A stretch of DNA of 63,965 bases, filler included, from Lenisia limosa (taxonomy: Eukaryota > Protista > Breviatea): assembly GCA_001655205.1 (NCBI GenBank). It is 10 parts of 10 records of this genome, joined end to end, with 100 filler letters (N's around TTAATTAATTAA, not from the genome) between each part and the next. Parts side by side here need not be neighbours in the genome. Positions count along the whole stretch, not along the records: positions 1 to 27,553 come from LPNZ01006770.1; positions 27,654 to 46,444 come from LPNZ01009089.1; 8 more parts are not named here. The stretch is one strand, 5' to 3'. The translations under genes were made by a program, and so were the position numbers. How positions within the stretch are numbered: the stretch's first letter is position 1; every line of letters starts with the position of its first letter. The notes beneath the pieces are model-generated. The model saw nothing but the letters and a program-made list of their open reading frames with translations, was not told the DNA's origin and searched no databases. Below are positions 24,901 to 38,300 of this stretch, piece after piece.

Positions 24901-27553
24901 TTATGGTCAGTTCGCTTAATAAGCTCAAGAGACATAACAGCTATCGTTACTCTCGTGCGTGAACGAATCGCAATCACAGTTTCACCTAGAAATAAAATTG
25001 GAAAGATAAGGACCAACCTTTTCTATTCGGAAGTGAAGCAGCTATACCAAGTATTGTGCCAGGACATCTTAAAGCTCGATAATAGTGGTTGCCTCTTTTC
25101 ATAATAGAAAATTCAACTGTTTTCAGAGTGTACTAAAGGCGGTAAGGAAGATAAAAACCCTCACCTCATCATTTCGATGGGGAACCATGAGGTGCATAAC
25201 TAGGTTGTCAACCCTCAAAATGTGTCATACCAAGAATATGCGGGCGTTTTCGACAGGGTGAGAGCAGAATTGGCAATCCATTAACCTGAGCCGGGTAACA
25301 AGAACGACAACGCCTACCAAGGCAATTGTCATGAGAGAAGACTGTGGGACTGGGTTACTAATTTCTTCCATGGCATCTTCAGCAATAAACGCTCGGAGAA
25401 GGTCACGCGGAATATTCAGGGTAACGTCACTTGATTCAATATTCGAAACCTTGTTCATGAGAGAACAAGCTGGCTTACTTGACGTTCAATTTGAGAGAAT
25501 TCAAAACCAAGGTGCCTATCCCACCCAAACTCCAAAAAATAGTCAAGATCTTGAGAAGATATATAAAATTAATGGATAAATGGTAACAAACCGGTGGGTG
25601 CACTTTGATTAGAGTAAAGGAAAGTCGTGTCTGCAGTCGTAATGGGATCAGAAAGCAGATTGTCAATGACTTGATTTTCTAAGAGTTCAGCGTCTTTCTT
25701 AAATGCCTTGATCTCGTCGCATTCATCGCGGTCGGTGTTCAAACCTTGGGTTTCCTTTGGAAGATATAAATCCCCTGAAATACCCCTTAGCTTTGAATTA
25801 CAAGAGGCAGGGAGGGCTTCTTTCCCTCTAACAAACGGCTCAGTATTCACAAACCGAGAAGCATTGAAAAAGTACTCAGAATCAAGGTCTATATGATGAT
25901 CATCTTCGCCATCAGACCATCTGTCGTATATATACTCTGAGTGAAGCTTCTTTCTCTTTTCACGAACTTTTAGCTGTGAGCGAGGATGAACAGTCACATT
26001 ATGTAATGTCTGCTTTGCTTGAAATTCTACTAAATTTTCATCAGAATAAGACTTCTCAACTTCTTCGCCTTCAACTTCACTTTCAGTAGCTACCAGTCCT
26101 TCAATGAAAACATCTTCTTTTTTACCTTCATCAACTCTTCTTTTCAACTGTCTTTTCTGGTTCTTCTTTGAACTCTTACGCTTGTCAGATTCATTTTGAA
26201 TCTTGAGGGTGGGTTTGAATTTGCAGAACTTGGCCTTGTGAAAGAACTCGGCAATATTGGCAATAGACTTGGCCGCGACTGAGGACGGACTCGAGTCGGC
26301 AATGCGGGAGGCACGAGACGTCACACAGCAGTCGGAGAACTGCGATGGAACAGCGCTGTCGACAACTCGTGCTGTCTGTAATTCATCGACTGAATCCACG
26401 GTATGACATGACGCAATTTTCGGAAATATTGACGCCGGGAAGGGGTCTAAAACGTGAAAGAAGTCAACTTAATCGGATTTTGAGTCATGAGACCGAGGAG
26501 GCATGAGACCCCACATCCCATCATGTCACGTCCCAATCTGTCTGGAGGACTTGTCAAACAGTGCCCAATCCCATTTTATCATCTTATCATTGCCTCCTCC
26601 AAAAACACACAACAACGAGTAGTCCATAACTGAATATTTTCTTACACTCAAAAACAAACCATCACCAAAACCGCCCAACCACTCTACAATTCTTACACTG
26701 AACTATTTCCCTTTACAACAACCTAAATTCCTAAAAAAATATATTTGAAAAAGTGAATCTTGGTATGTAAGACGAAGATACCAAAATCTTACTCACCTAT
26801 ATAGCTGTGGGCACTAAAGAAACTGGATAGTATTCATTGGAACAATTTTTTAATAAAAATCATTTAAAATCCCGAAATCTCATGTTTTTACCAAATTCTC
26901 TCATTTAGTTGATGAAAAAAGAAGTTATACAATGCTACTACAAATGGGAAATACAATAACATTAATATGTGGCAACAAACCTAAATCAGTGCGGCAGCCT
27001 GAGTCAGCAGACAATGGGCAAACGGACGAAGTAACACCGAAATCTGAGCCGGACGGTGCAATAACTGCAGACGACTTTTGTGAAAGAAAGGGAGGCAGAG
27101 ATTCTCTAAACGTTGCTGCAGTGGTTGGAGTTGGAACGGGCTTTTGCGGTCGAAGAATAGAAAATACAGGTTCAACAATTTGGTGCCGATCAGTGAAAGC
27201 CTTGTCATGCTTTTCATATGCATTGTTTACGTCACAATGGACAGCATCAATCTCCTTCTCTTCAGCTTCTTCCACTTTGGATACACGCTTCGACTGTGTT
27301 GCCTGAGAAAAAGCATTCACCTGACTAAGAGCTTGTAAGTAATCATCGCTTCCGTTATCAATTTCCCATGCCTGTTCATATCCAGTCCTAGTTCGACTGA
27401 AGCGCTGGCTTGCTGTCTCAATAGCTGTGGTTCCAAGTAGTTTGGCAAAATCAGAGACAATGCCTTCCCCCATTATCAATCACAAAAGAAACAAAATAAT
27501 GGGTCACGCCATTCACTCACTAAGTGTAATAGAACTATCAAGGTTAGCCCCAG
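21960..27553 (-). CDS. Large multi-exon hypothetical protein (possibly two genes), 5'-truncated, with a degenerate SET-like domain near the C-terminus
   Basis: Long open exons 26925-27479 and 25569-26399; later exons LDNLGELFNVAIPLDFTIPLLRGH, GCVVNLINEP and IQEGIDAAQEYRPKYWG resemble the three SET motifs (GxGxFAxxDIxxGxxIxEYxG, RFINHS, IxxGEELxxDYxxxYW). Confidence 0.55.
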
Positions 27554-27653
27554 NNNNNNNNNNNNNNNNNNNNNNNNNNNNNNNNNNNNNNNNNNNNTTA
27601 ATTAATTAANNNNNNNNNNNNNNNNNNNNNNNNNNNNNNNNNNNNNNNNNNNN
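27554..27653. other. Artificial contig-joining spacer 1
   Basis: N44-TTAATTAATTAA-N44, exactly 100 nt, stop codons in all six frames. Confidence 0.97.
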
Positions 27654-27834
27654 AAAAATGAAAAAGTGCCCACACTCATGTGGGTGCCCACACTCATGTG
27701 CCTCCACCTATACTATACTATAGCTATATACTATATATATACTATATCATATATCATATATATAGGTATATATACTAGTATACTATATACAGTGACCGGG
27801 ATAAGTCTTGACCGATAGTATATAATATGCTGCG

Positions 27835-27967
27835 GAGGCACGTAAAAAGCTGTGTGCACAGAGTTGTAAGGCAAATGATTGGGTGAATTAATATTAAACT
27901 AGAATTCAATATCTCTCATAAGCGTTGTGGACGGGTTCGGCCAGATAGAACCTTGTTTTATTCTCAT
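27835..27967. repeat. About 140-nt dispersed repeat (family C); other copies 54981-55115, 53695-53835 (inverted), partial 11920-11985, 52007-52030, 52603-52625
   Basis: Shared core AAAGCTGTGTRCACAGAG..CAAATGATTGGGTGAATTAATAT..AATTCAATATCTCT; no TIR seen. Confidence 0.8.
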
Positions 27968-28117
27968 AATATATACTATATACTATATACAATATCAGAT
28001 ATATATAATACNNNNNNNNNNATATGATACACTGTATTATATCAAATGGACAACAGACAGAAGAGCAATCTGGTTTTCTGGTATACAGGATTCAAAAGGA
28101 CAGCCCCAGTGACCCAC

Positions 28118-28792
28118 CACTCCGTCCACATCGCCAGCCATAAAGTCTAGACACAACCAGAGGTTCTCAGCGACAACGAACACATCGTTTAGCTGGAGTG
28201 TCAGAAATATGGTCAGCATGAGGCCAGAAAGATTCTCTCATGATTCACTTGATGATGTGAACGCGCGAACTTTGAGAATATTTTCGTGCTTTAACTCTTG
28301 GAGAAGTTTAATTTCCCTCAATGCTGTGAAGTGGAGACCCTCCAATGCGCCACCTTAACGATTAGGGGCTTTCATCAATAACACATTTTGGAGAGAAGCA
28401 CAACTTCAAGATTGTGAATTTTACAACTTCCAGATTTCGGCTAAATGAAACACTCACCCTTGTTTTTAATTTTCTTCAAAGCAACAGCGACAGAAGGGTT
28501 ATCTGCCCGGTAGCCCTTAAAAACGATACCATACGAACCCTCGCCTGTGAGGTTAAGGATAGTCAATGCAATATGAATAGAGGAGAGAGAGAAACTCATA
28601 TCTGTCAAGAAAAACTCAAAATAATACAATATCCCACCACCCACCCTGCTCTCAAGCCACACCCATGATGGTAGAAGAAGACAATGATATGTAAAGCCTC
28701 CAGAACTCAATATGAGGATTACTGTATTGGATGAAATATTGAAGCCTTTAATCCCATTTACCAAGTTGCCTCCCCCTGATGTACTTCTCCAT
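28118..28792 (-). CDS. CDK7: CDK7/CDKD-like cyclin-dependent kinase, N-lobe only (rest lost at scaffold end)
   Basis: MEKYIRGRQL|GEGSYGIVFKG..VALKKIK..EGLHFTALREIKLLQELKHENILKLNDVF..LWLCLDFMAGDV; the xxTALREIKLLxEL cyclin-binding helix is characteristic of CDK7/CDKD. Confidence 0.75.
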
Positions 28793-29502
28793 AAGTGGTT
28801 GTTGAGGGATGCTCAACCACCCTTGATGGCGACAATGTGACTGAGTTTTCCGTTCTTCTTACTATAATACAATTATACAATTATATAACTATATAGGCCT
28901 TTTTTTAGTTGGGCGAGAAAGGCTGGAGAAAGCTGGGGAGAATGGGAACTTTGAACTTTGAACTTTAATGCATCAAATAATCTGGGGGTATGTTCACCCT
29001 AGAAACAACAGAGTTGTGTATGGAGAGAACAGAAAAACCTCACACAAACCCTCCTAGGGGTGTACGAACGAATTTTTCTTCCAGGTTATGCGGCGGCGGC
29101 GACGATTTCTTTTTTGGGCCATCTCTATTGAAACATCTTCCCTCTCCTTCTTATTAACTAGAATATATAATACGTATAATAAATATACGATTATATCAAC
29201 AAGATTATCCAAGGGATTTAAGTATTTCCGAAGAGCCCGAGGTAAGACACCAAAACCGTTGAACTAGAAAGAGAAGGTTTCTGCTGTGCGTGTGCATTTG
29301 AAGGTATGTTGATATGTTGATGAATGTTGGATAGAAAGTCAATCTGCGAAATAAGAATTGGGTGCTATGACTAACTACTAAGTTTGAGTACTCTCATTTT
29401 ATTCCCCTTTTTCAAAAGCCATTTAATAGTTGTGTAATAATTTTTTTCTTGTGTGAAATAGGCATAACATGGTGACAGCCCATTTAACACCGCAGTGGCC
29501 TA

Positions 29503-32244
29503 ATGTCGCTCTCCTCCATCCATGACGAAACCAACTCCATCACCGAGCGTTATGAGATCAAGCTGATTGGAGGCTCATCAAATAACAAGTTGGTCTTTTT
29601 CTTTCCTCTATATTATTGATGCAGTGAAAGAATAATTCTGAGAACCCCCCTTTTTTTTTTTCGTAAGATGCTTGCTTCATCGCTATAATGCATTTTCTTG
29701 GATCATGTGTAGATGTGATTGAATCTGAGCATTGTAGACTAGCAAAAGATGTTGCAGGCTATTTGAACACAACCTTGGAAGAAGTCATTTTGGGAAAATT
29801 CTCTGATGGAGGTTGGAGGGTAGCCTTCTAGTGCCTATTCCAACTACCCCTACTTCTTTAATGGTTACTTTTTAACACTTCAGAGAGCCGCATTCAGATC
29901 ATGGTTTGTGAGGCAATGTTTTGCTATTGAGTTACAGGTTTTGATTCATATTATGTGATTTTGTATTGTTCTTGATTTCCCTCTTTTTCTTGATAGGATA
30001 TCCGAAATAAGTTCCATTATTCGGGCTTTACTGTGACAGGACTCCATCAGAGGTGCCGACGTTTTTGTTATCCAACCCACTTGCGGAAAGCCCGAGGAGG
30101 TGAAAGGATTTTTAAAACTCAAAGATCATTATGACTTTTGTTGTTGTATATAGTATATTATGTAATTTAATATGTAGTATGTAAAGTATCTTATATATAT
30201 GATATATATGTATTAAAATAGTGTGTATTATTGTTAACAAGACTATGACTATGGTGCAGCATTCACTTCTCAGGGCTACTCCGTCAACGACTCACTTATG
30301 GAACTTCTGTTGCTGATCCACACTCTCAAACTTTGTAGTTGCAAACGTATTACTGTTTGCTGAGGGTTTTTTAGAACGAAAACTGGAGACTCTCTAAGAA
30401 AAAATAAGGAAAGAAAAAGGGTTGCTCCATTTACAACAAATAGATTCCGCCTTCATGTTGCAAGAATAACACCATCAGGCTGTTATCCCTTACTTCGGCT
30501 ATGCCCGTCAAGACAGGAAACACAGGCCTCGCGTGCCAATCTCGGCGTCAGCCGTGGCTCAGCTCATCGAAACCATGGTGAGCGGTCATGAAAGACTGCA
30601 TCCTACATTGAGGGAGGAAACGTTACACTACTTATAGGGTTACAACACACACGAAATCATATTGATTATATAAGCAGGAGATGATATTGTATTGTACCAT
30701 GTTCTCTATTCAACATACGTAACCGCTTAGGGTCCTTCTCGTTGTGTCACCTTCGACCTTCATGCTGATCAGGTATGACGTTTAAATATCATAGCGGGAG
30801 ATACAGTCCCTATATATTATTATATACTATGTACTATATAACAATACCATACTGATATTGTATGATATGATATATTATATTTGTAAGATAAATATCAATT
30901 GTTGAAATGGGAAGATGAGTATTCGCTTTGATACAATATTTAGAAATTCAACATTGTTAAAGTAGTCTCCAAAGAGTTTTCGTCACTATTGTAGATCCAA
31001 GGTTTCTTCCGTTATATTCCAGTCGACAATATTTGGCTCGATACTGTGAGTTGAACCAAATTGCGTTCTTTTGAGTATTAACTGTTAATTCAGCTTTTAC
31101 CTTTCCCTATTATTGATCTTATTATCCCAGGTTTTTGTGTCTTGGATTCTCGAACAAAACTTCGAACCCTCAAAGGTGACTGGATGTTTAATACAGTGCC
31201 CTTCTTTTCATCGTTTAAATACTCCGATCTCTGGGTACCTCGGAACACTACCTTTGACTGGATTGGACATTCTTATCAACACTAAACGTATATTTTCCTC
31301 AATGCGCTTGACCTTTCAGTTAGCCATTGTGTCTCCGGACGCTGGGGCTGTGGAGAGAGCAAGAAGAGTTGCCGACAAGGTCCACTCGGAAACCAACGTT
31401 GTAACTATCATCAAAAGACGTATTGAGGCAAATAAGGTGAGGGATAAGGACAGTAACAATATATGATATTGTATGTATGCTGCAGTCATGTTTAATATTA
31501 TATCTAAGGGGTATGCTGTCGTTGATTTTCTTCTCTCAAGGCCCTTGCTCCCAGTTTTTCATTCAGTCCCAGGTTCACAGCATCGAACTCATTGGTGACG
31601 TGTTAGGCAAAACCTGCATCATTGTGGATGACATGGTTGATACTGCGGGTGAGATTTTTCAATAATTTGTTTTCTCTGTACTTTTTTGAAACCACTTAGA
31701 GTTGATATGATATCTTTTACTTTGGAGGTACCCTGTGTAAGGCAGCGGGACGGCTGATGGACGAAGGAGCCGACAGAGTCGTGGCGTGTATTTCGCATGG
31801 TGTTTTGTCAGGAGAGGTGCGTGCTTACTTACTCAATGGTTCTACCTCCCCTCCCCTCCCCTGGGCTTTGTTTGTTTATATCAGCCGACAGAGTTGATTT
31901 TGGGCTTTTTTTTTTTGTTTCANNNNNNNNNNNNNNNNNNNNNNNNNNNNNNNNNNNNNNNNNNNNNNNNNNNNNNNNNNNNNNNNNNNNNNNNNNNNNN
32001 NNNNNNNNNNNNNNNNNNNNNNNNNNNNNNNNNNNNTGACTGACACCATCCCCCAAGAGAGAAATCAGAAAGCCTGTCCGAAGCTTACTGTGGGTTGACT
32101 CGAAACAAGCAAACATGCAGACTTACCTTATCTGTCCAGGTTGTTCCCGTCGGAGAAATGCTGGCAGGGATAATCAAGCAAATCCACACTGAGAAATCCA
32201 TTTCTGAGTATATCACTACCCTGACTCCTGACTTCAAGAAATAG
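29503..32244 (+). CDS. PRPS: Ribose-phosphate pyrophosphokinase (class I PRPP synthetase)
   Basis: [87 protein letters not shown]. Confidence 0.95.
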
Positions 32245-32358
32245 TTCTGTTCTTCCATTATGTTTCCTTTTCCATCTTTTTAATATAACACCATCTTGCA
32301 AATGTGTGTCATTCCTTCTCCTATACATTCTCAAAATCTCCCTCCCCATTTCATTACT

Positions 32359-34887
32359 TTACATATCAGCAAAGAACGAATTAGAAAACTGTCTGCCCTT
32401 CTTTCCCTTCTTGGGCTTAGCCGCTGGTTTGGGTGGCGGAGGTGGCTCTTCATCGTCACTTGTGTCGTCCCAGCTGTCGCTGTCTTCCTCCTGCATACCT
32501 GCCGAGGGTTGCTGGAATAGTCAGTTCAAGAATATTGAAGGTCTCAGTCAACCCAAAGATGCCGAGAGAGCAGGGCTTCCTTTTGGTTCTGAGATGCTGG
32601 AAGCAAGACAATGCTATATTTTCTGAGTTTGAATACCTCCTACCAAAGCCTGGATGTCTACCTCGGGGGCATCAGCATCCCCTTCACTGTCCTCGTCAAA
32701 AACGTACGAGACATCCCAGAACTTCACCACATCATCATGACTCACGGAGGCCAGAATCTGGGGGGGGGGGGGGNNNNNNNNNNNNNNNNNNNNNNNNNNN
32801 NNNNNNNNNNNNNNNNNNNNNNNNNNNNNNNNNNNNNNNNNNNNNNNNNNNNNNNNNTATAGTAATAATCATAATATATCGATAATATAAACTATATTTA
32901 TTAGCTGTATGGTGCTATATCACATATGAAACTAAACCCCCAACGTTTTTGCAATGGGAAACGTCCAAACGCTCAATGGGGAAGTCATGAGCACCCACGA
33001 CGCCGATCAGTTTATTCGGGAGGATCGACACCACCCTGAAGGGTTATACGCTGACAATACTCTCTCGTGCTACTGCTAATCTTATAATCTTATATCAATA
33101 TCCGTTGAAGGGTAATACAGCAAAAAGATAATGAGAAGAAATATACCTGATAATGCCGTCTGAAGACCCGCTGCATATCGTATCCTCGTCCACCTGCAGG
33201 GATGAAACAACTCAGAATTGAAAGAGATACATTTGATAAAAGATATCCGACAAACCGCAATGATACTCTCAATGGACTCAGGATGGCCGGGGAAACGATC
33301 AGAGATATCTCGGAACTAGACATGTCATTATCGTCTTGGTGAGTCCATAACAGTTAATTCATACCCCCCTCCACACCTCTCCCCAGTTGAAGATATCAAT
33401 AATACCCTCCTGCGTGCCAACGACCACTTTGGTGCCTCCCTTGAAAGTCAGATGGACAGGGCAATTATGTTGCAAGATATAGTAGTAATATGATATCCTT
33501 CATAATAACAGTGTTGATGACTCCGTGCAAACTACTGTTAGGACTGCACAATAATTGAAATAAAGGACCTCTCCTTGACAAAAAAAACATATTACTACTG
33601 TTTCACTTTTTAGGTACAAATATACTTGCGTACCTTGAGAATTTCTACACTCAGCATTTCGTTCTCTTGGTTGTCGGACTTTTGGATCAATTTCCCTCCT
33701 TTCTTCCTGAGGTCATACGCGGCTAACGTGCCATCACCTCTAAGGGGTGGGGTAAGCAAGTTGGGATTGCGGCTAAGGATCTGGTCTGTGATGAAAACAA
33801 ATGATTTTTTTAAAAATAAAAGATATCATCCATAATGAACATAAACATCTACGCATGTTCATTTAATCTTTACTCCCTCCAAAACTCCAACATAGACCGA
33901 ATAACGGTATGATAAGCCTACGAGGCAGCGAGAAGCGTCTTCTTCGGTAGTGAGTACGCGAAATCGTTGATGTAGTCCTTGTTGTCATCAAACTCCATAG
34001 CACAGTCAGACTTTCTTGTGTCCCACACCTACAAAGTAAGGATCAAGGGAGATATGTGCAATACCCACCTTGACACAACCATTGTCATCCCCAGTTGCTA
34101 CAAGGTTTTCTGTCAAGACGTATGAGGCGTTGATGCCGTGTGAATGCGCCTTTTGTCTACACGCAACAACCTATTGGATCAGATAGTATGCTGTGTTTCA
34201 ATTCTTGTATGGTAATTGTCTGCCTCACAAATATCCTGTTTTACTATTAAACAGCATTTCAAATCGAAAAAGGAAAAGCCCCATAAGATGCTCCTGAAGG
34301 CCTCACCTGCCCGGTGCTGGCATCAACAGCTTGGAGCGAACAGTCGGCTGACCCCGTGTATAGCACTTGGACGTAACAAGTTATCAAATTCAGCCATAAG
34401 ATATGATACTGCTTTCAACACACGAACAACAGAATAGAGTGAATTTATGAAGCGGATAACCATCCCAATTGGGCTGAAGAGAGTAGAGCCAACACCCACA
34501 TGATCCGTCAAGTGACCATCTTAGAGCTCGGACTGAGCTTGTGTGATGTTCCAGCACCTTGACATGCGTGGCCGACTCTTTGGTGTATGTATGACTAGAT
34601 GGTCAGTAATTGTTCAACTGTGAGGTCCTTTTCAGGAGATGAATAAAAATCAATGACAATTCTTCATCGGCGCTTAAAAACATCACTCTCCAAAAATCTC
34701 CCAGATATTTGACCCCTGCCTATCGAAAACAAAACCCCAAGGATATGGTACATTTGATGGTCATAAATTAAGCCCCATCCTACATGTGGACCTTGCCATC
34801 AACACAGCCTGTAGCGATCAAGTCCTGTGATGGGTGGAACCGTGTCTCGAAGACTGTGGATTCAAACTGCAGCTCAGGCAGCGCCAT
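32359..34887 (-). CDS. WDR55: WD40 protein WDR55/JIP5
   Basis: RFHPSQDLIATGCVDGKVH, HHTSSVRALRWSLDG, ENLVATGDDNGCVKVWDTRK, DYINDF, LAASGDGTL, GTQEGIIDIFNWG; acidic tail ending SFFADM*. Confidence 0.85.
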
Positions 34888-35312
34888 CGTTTCTTAGCTA
34901 CTATTTATAACACTAAACAGAAGTAGATGGAAGAAGAAGAGACTTGGGGATGAAGTTTGCTGCTGAATAGGAACGCACTCTTCTCTTCTGTGGCTATTCT
35001 ACGCCCGTTGTAACCCAACGTAGCCCAGTGATTCAAATCCAGTTCAATTCGTTCAAATAATAACGTTGAAAAAAAAAAAAAAAAATTTCCCATCCCATCC
35101 NNNNNNNNNNNNNNNNNNNNNNNNNNNNNNNNNNNNNNNNNNNNNNNNNNNNNNNNNNNNNNNNNNNNNNNNNNNNNNNNNNNNNNNNNNNNNNGACAAC
35201 AACAGACACCCAACAGAGTACTCAGCAAAATAATAATTTACATCCAGGAAACAACAAACTAATATACAAAACCATAGCGTACAGAAAAAAACGTAATACG
35301 ATGACTATGGTT

Positions 35313-38300
35313 CTACTCAAAGTGGGGGCCGCGAGAAATCGAAATGGGGCCGTACAGCTCCTTTTGCTCAACAGAAATGTTGCTGTTAGTCTTTGGGGTC
35401 AAATTGTAAATGTGATGGACGGCTCATAGTATACACACACAAGCTCCTCATCTGAAATAAACCAAGCATACCTGGAGAGCAAGAATACGGTAGAAGGCCC
35501 TTGCGGCAGACATACGTGACGCTCCTGCGGCGTGAACGAGTATTCCGATGTTAACCCATCTTCACTAGTGATATGGCTATATGACCGAATTTCGAGTCGA
35601 AATGATGAACGAAGATGGCACGAGGGATCATCCCGAGTATCATAAGACTTGTCGGTCAAATATCATACGAGTGGATATGAAGTATCATATTGCGTGGAGA
35701 GTAATAGTTCACACGTGTGATAATGACCCAAAAAGTGTTATGATACAGAAAAAGGATGAAGGATAACTTGAGAAAGCGAGCAATGAATAAAAAAAAAATA
35801 CCCCAAGGAAAACATCCACTAGAAATGGATTACCAACACACCCGAAATGATACGGTCGAACACGACGCTGTCCTTTTTCTCCTCCTCCATGGTGTTGCGG
35901 ATCAAGCTGCAATGTTAGAAGGGAATGGGGCTGTTAAGAGAAAATGGAGATGATGGAAGGACAAAGGACACGGGCCTACTGAAGAATACGAGAGGCGTAG
36001 ATATCGATAGAGCTTTCTGGGTCGGGGGTTGAGTCTTTCTCAGATGTCACCAAAAGATCTGAAACTGTCAGCACCTCGCATTCCAGCTTCTTCCAATGCG
36101 AAAGCCAGCAAAGATCTGACCCACCAGTTCCCTGGGTCGGGATCTCAACATTGATCTCGTCTTCGGCCAACTCGCTCAAGTCTTCGAAGGAGTATCGCCT
36201 TCCGCTGCAAGTGTTGTCAATACTGTCTTATAGTTTAACAGATGGCAATTCAAAAAACCAGCTGAGTCTTGTTTATTACATCCAAAAGCCACATACACAG
36301 CGGTTTGCGGTGTGAGGTTCTTGAGCTGACTGACAGACACGTCATGGTAGGGGCCAACTGAGCTGAGGCCGGCTGGCGTAGACAGAACCTGGACCATGAA
36401 ATAACAGCATGCGTGAGAGGCGATGACGGTGCAACATGCGGATGAGTACCATAACTAGAATCAACAATAGGGAAACAGCATACCTTGCTTCTTTGGAAGA
36501 ACTGCTGCTCGGCAGGGGTGACGGGCGTAAAGATAGCGTCAAGGCCTCGAACATTCTCGACTTCGTTGTCGGCAGCGGCCGGCAAGGGGGTCTCGTCAAA
36601 GCGCGGCGCCAAGTTCTGCGTGAATATGAATGATTGGTCTGATGATTTATGAAATAATAATAAAAAAAAAAAAAAAAAAGGTACAGCAAAAGCCCCAAGA
36701 GGAGCAGGATTAGNNNNNNNNNNNNNNNNNNNNNNNNNNNNNNNNNNNNNNNNNNNNNNNNNNNNNNNNNNGCGCACCTCATGGACAGGACTCATTGGTA
36801 CGTGATCACGGTTGATCTCTATGTCCTCAGGGACGAAGTCAAACTCCGGCTCAGGCAGGAGGGCTGGGTCGAAATCGCTGAAGGACGGCTTGTTGAAGAC
36901 ATCTTGGTTGGGGAGAGGCAGGCTGGGCGCTCCAGACACGCAGAAGAGATCTGCTGTGTGAGGTCTTGTTTGACGAATTAAAAAGACAATAACTAATGAT
37001 TTGAAATATGATGGTGGTTGGTGGATGACAGAATTGCCCCACGAGACGCATAGGTTGGGGACATTGGCAAAAGCAATCTCTTGACAAACCTTCCTCGGTT
37101 AGGCCGATTCTTTCGAGCTCTCCGGGAGCGGGGATGCGGGTTTCAACACTGCGGTCCGGCACCTGGGAGTTAGCAGTGCCAAATAACTCTCTTAAGATTG
37201 AATGCTGTATTTCGTATTGTTAAATTCCAGCTGAACACTTGTGGGACAAAGTTATGGAAAGGGCCCAGCAAATATCCAGCATACGAAGTGAACACGCCTC
37301 CAAATGTCCATAATTTCGGGTGCGTATTTGTACATGGGGTCATGGAAGGTGTCGTTGAGAAGAGTCTTCATCTCCTTGCGGCGCTGAAAATGTGAAGGCG
37401 AAAGAGGGTATGGTGATTGACGGAGGGAAACTGAAACTCATGCAAAAGATAAACGCTCCTCACCTTCTGTGGTCTCATAGTAACAATGTCAGACGTGTCA
37501 GAGAGGTTGGTCTTCATTTGTTCACTAAAAGGTGAAACAGTCCGAAGCTCAAGTGAATTAAAGAAAAGTCCCAGAAAAAGTAGAAAGAAAAGCTTACGCT
37601 GAGATTTTGGTTTCCTTATCGACAATCAAGACGTTCTTCCTCTTTTTGATTCTCTCGACCTTCGGCTTAGTGGCGGGTGTGGCTGGTTTAGGTCCCGATC
37701 CTAGAGAGAAAGAGGGTGATGACCGCACTGCATTTACCTACCAGTTTGATTGCTGTTGGTCTCGCGGATTGGGGAAAGAGGGGGCAGGTCAATGTCTCTT
37801 GGTTCCATGAGGGCTTCCAGATCTTGCATAGGGGGAATCTCGTCCAAAGGGGCGTCGTCCTTCAAAGTCAGCAAGTTATGGGAAAAGGGATTCTATTGAT
37901 AAAATAAAACAACACAACAGTTAGGGGTGGGGAAGGTGAAAAAGTAAGTTAAACAAGTAGGATGGGCCCTCACCATTGGAAGCTCCTCAATGTCCATTGG
38001 AGGGAGGTCTTCAGGCAGGTCCATGGGTGGGATATCGTCAATAGGAGCAGCAATTTGGGGGAACTCTATAGACTCCTCAAAAGGAACAATGTCCATCTCG
38101 GGGAGAATGGTGTTATTGAAGTCAGGCATGTCATCAACCGGACGCACATCGTCGAATGCGATGTCTTCAGCAAGAGAGAGGTTAGCAGACATATTAGGGT
38201 CAGCCATCGGAAGGTGGTCCTCCTACATTGTCAGCAACAGCAAGAGGTGTACCGAGCCGCTAATATATAATAGGCGAACACATGATATGTAGAAATTAGG

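Noticed and set aside
21960-25460. MutS/MSH homologue
   Set aside because: No Walker A/B or other MutS motifs were found in the translated exons.
27598-27609. Recurrent TTAATTAATTAA as a biological palindrome or PacI-like site
   Set aside because: Always flanked by exactly 44 N on each side; it is a pipeline linker.
27664-27700. 18-nt tandem duplicate with a small hairpin (CCCACACTCATGTGGG)
   Set aside because: Two copies only, at a scaffold end; could be an assembly artefact and has no other support.
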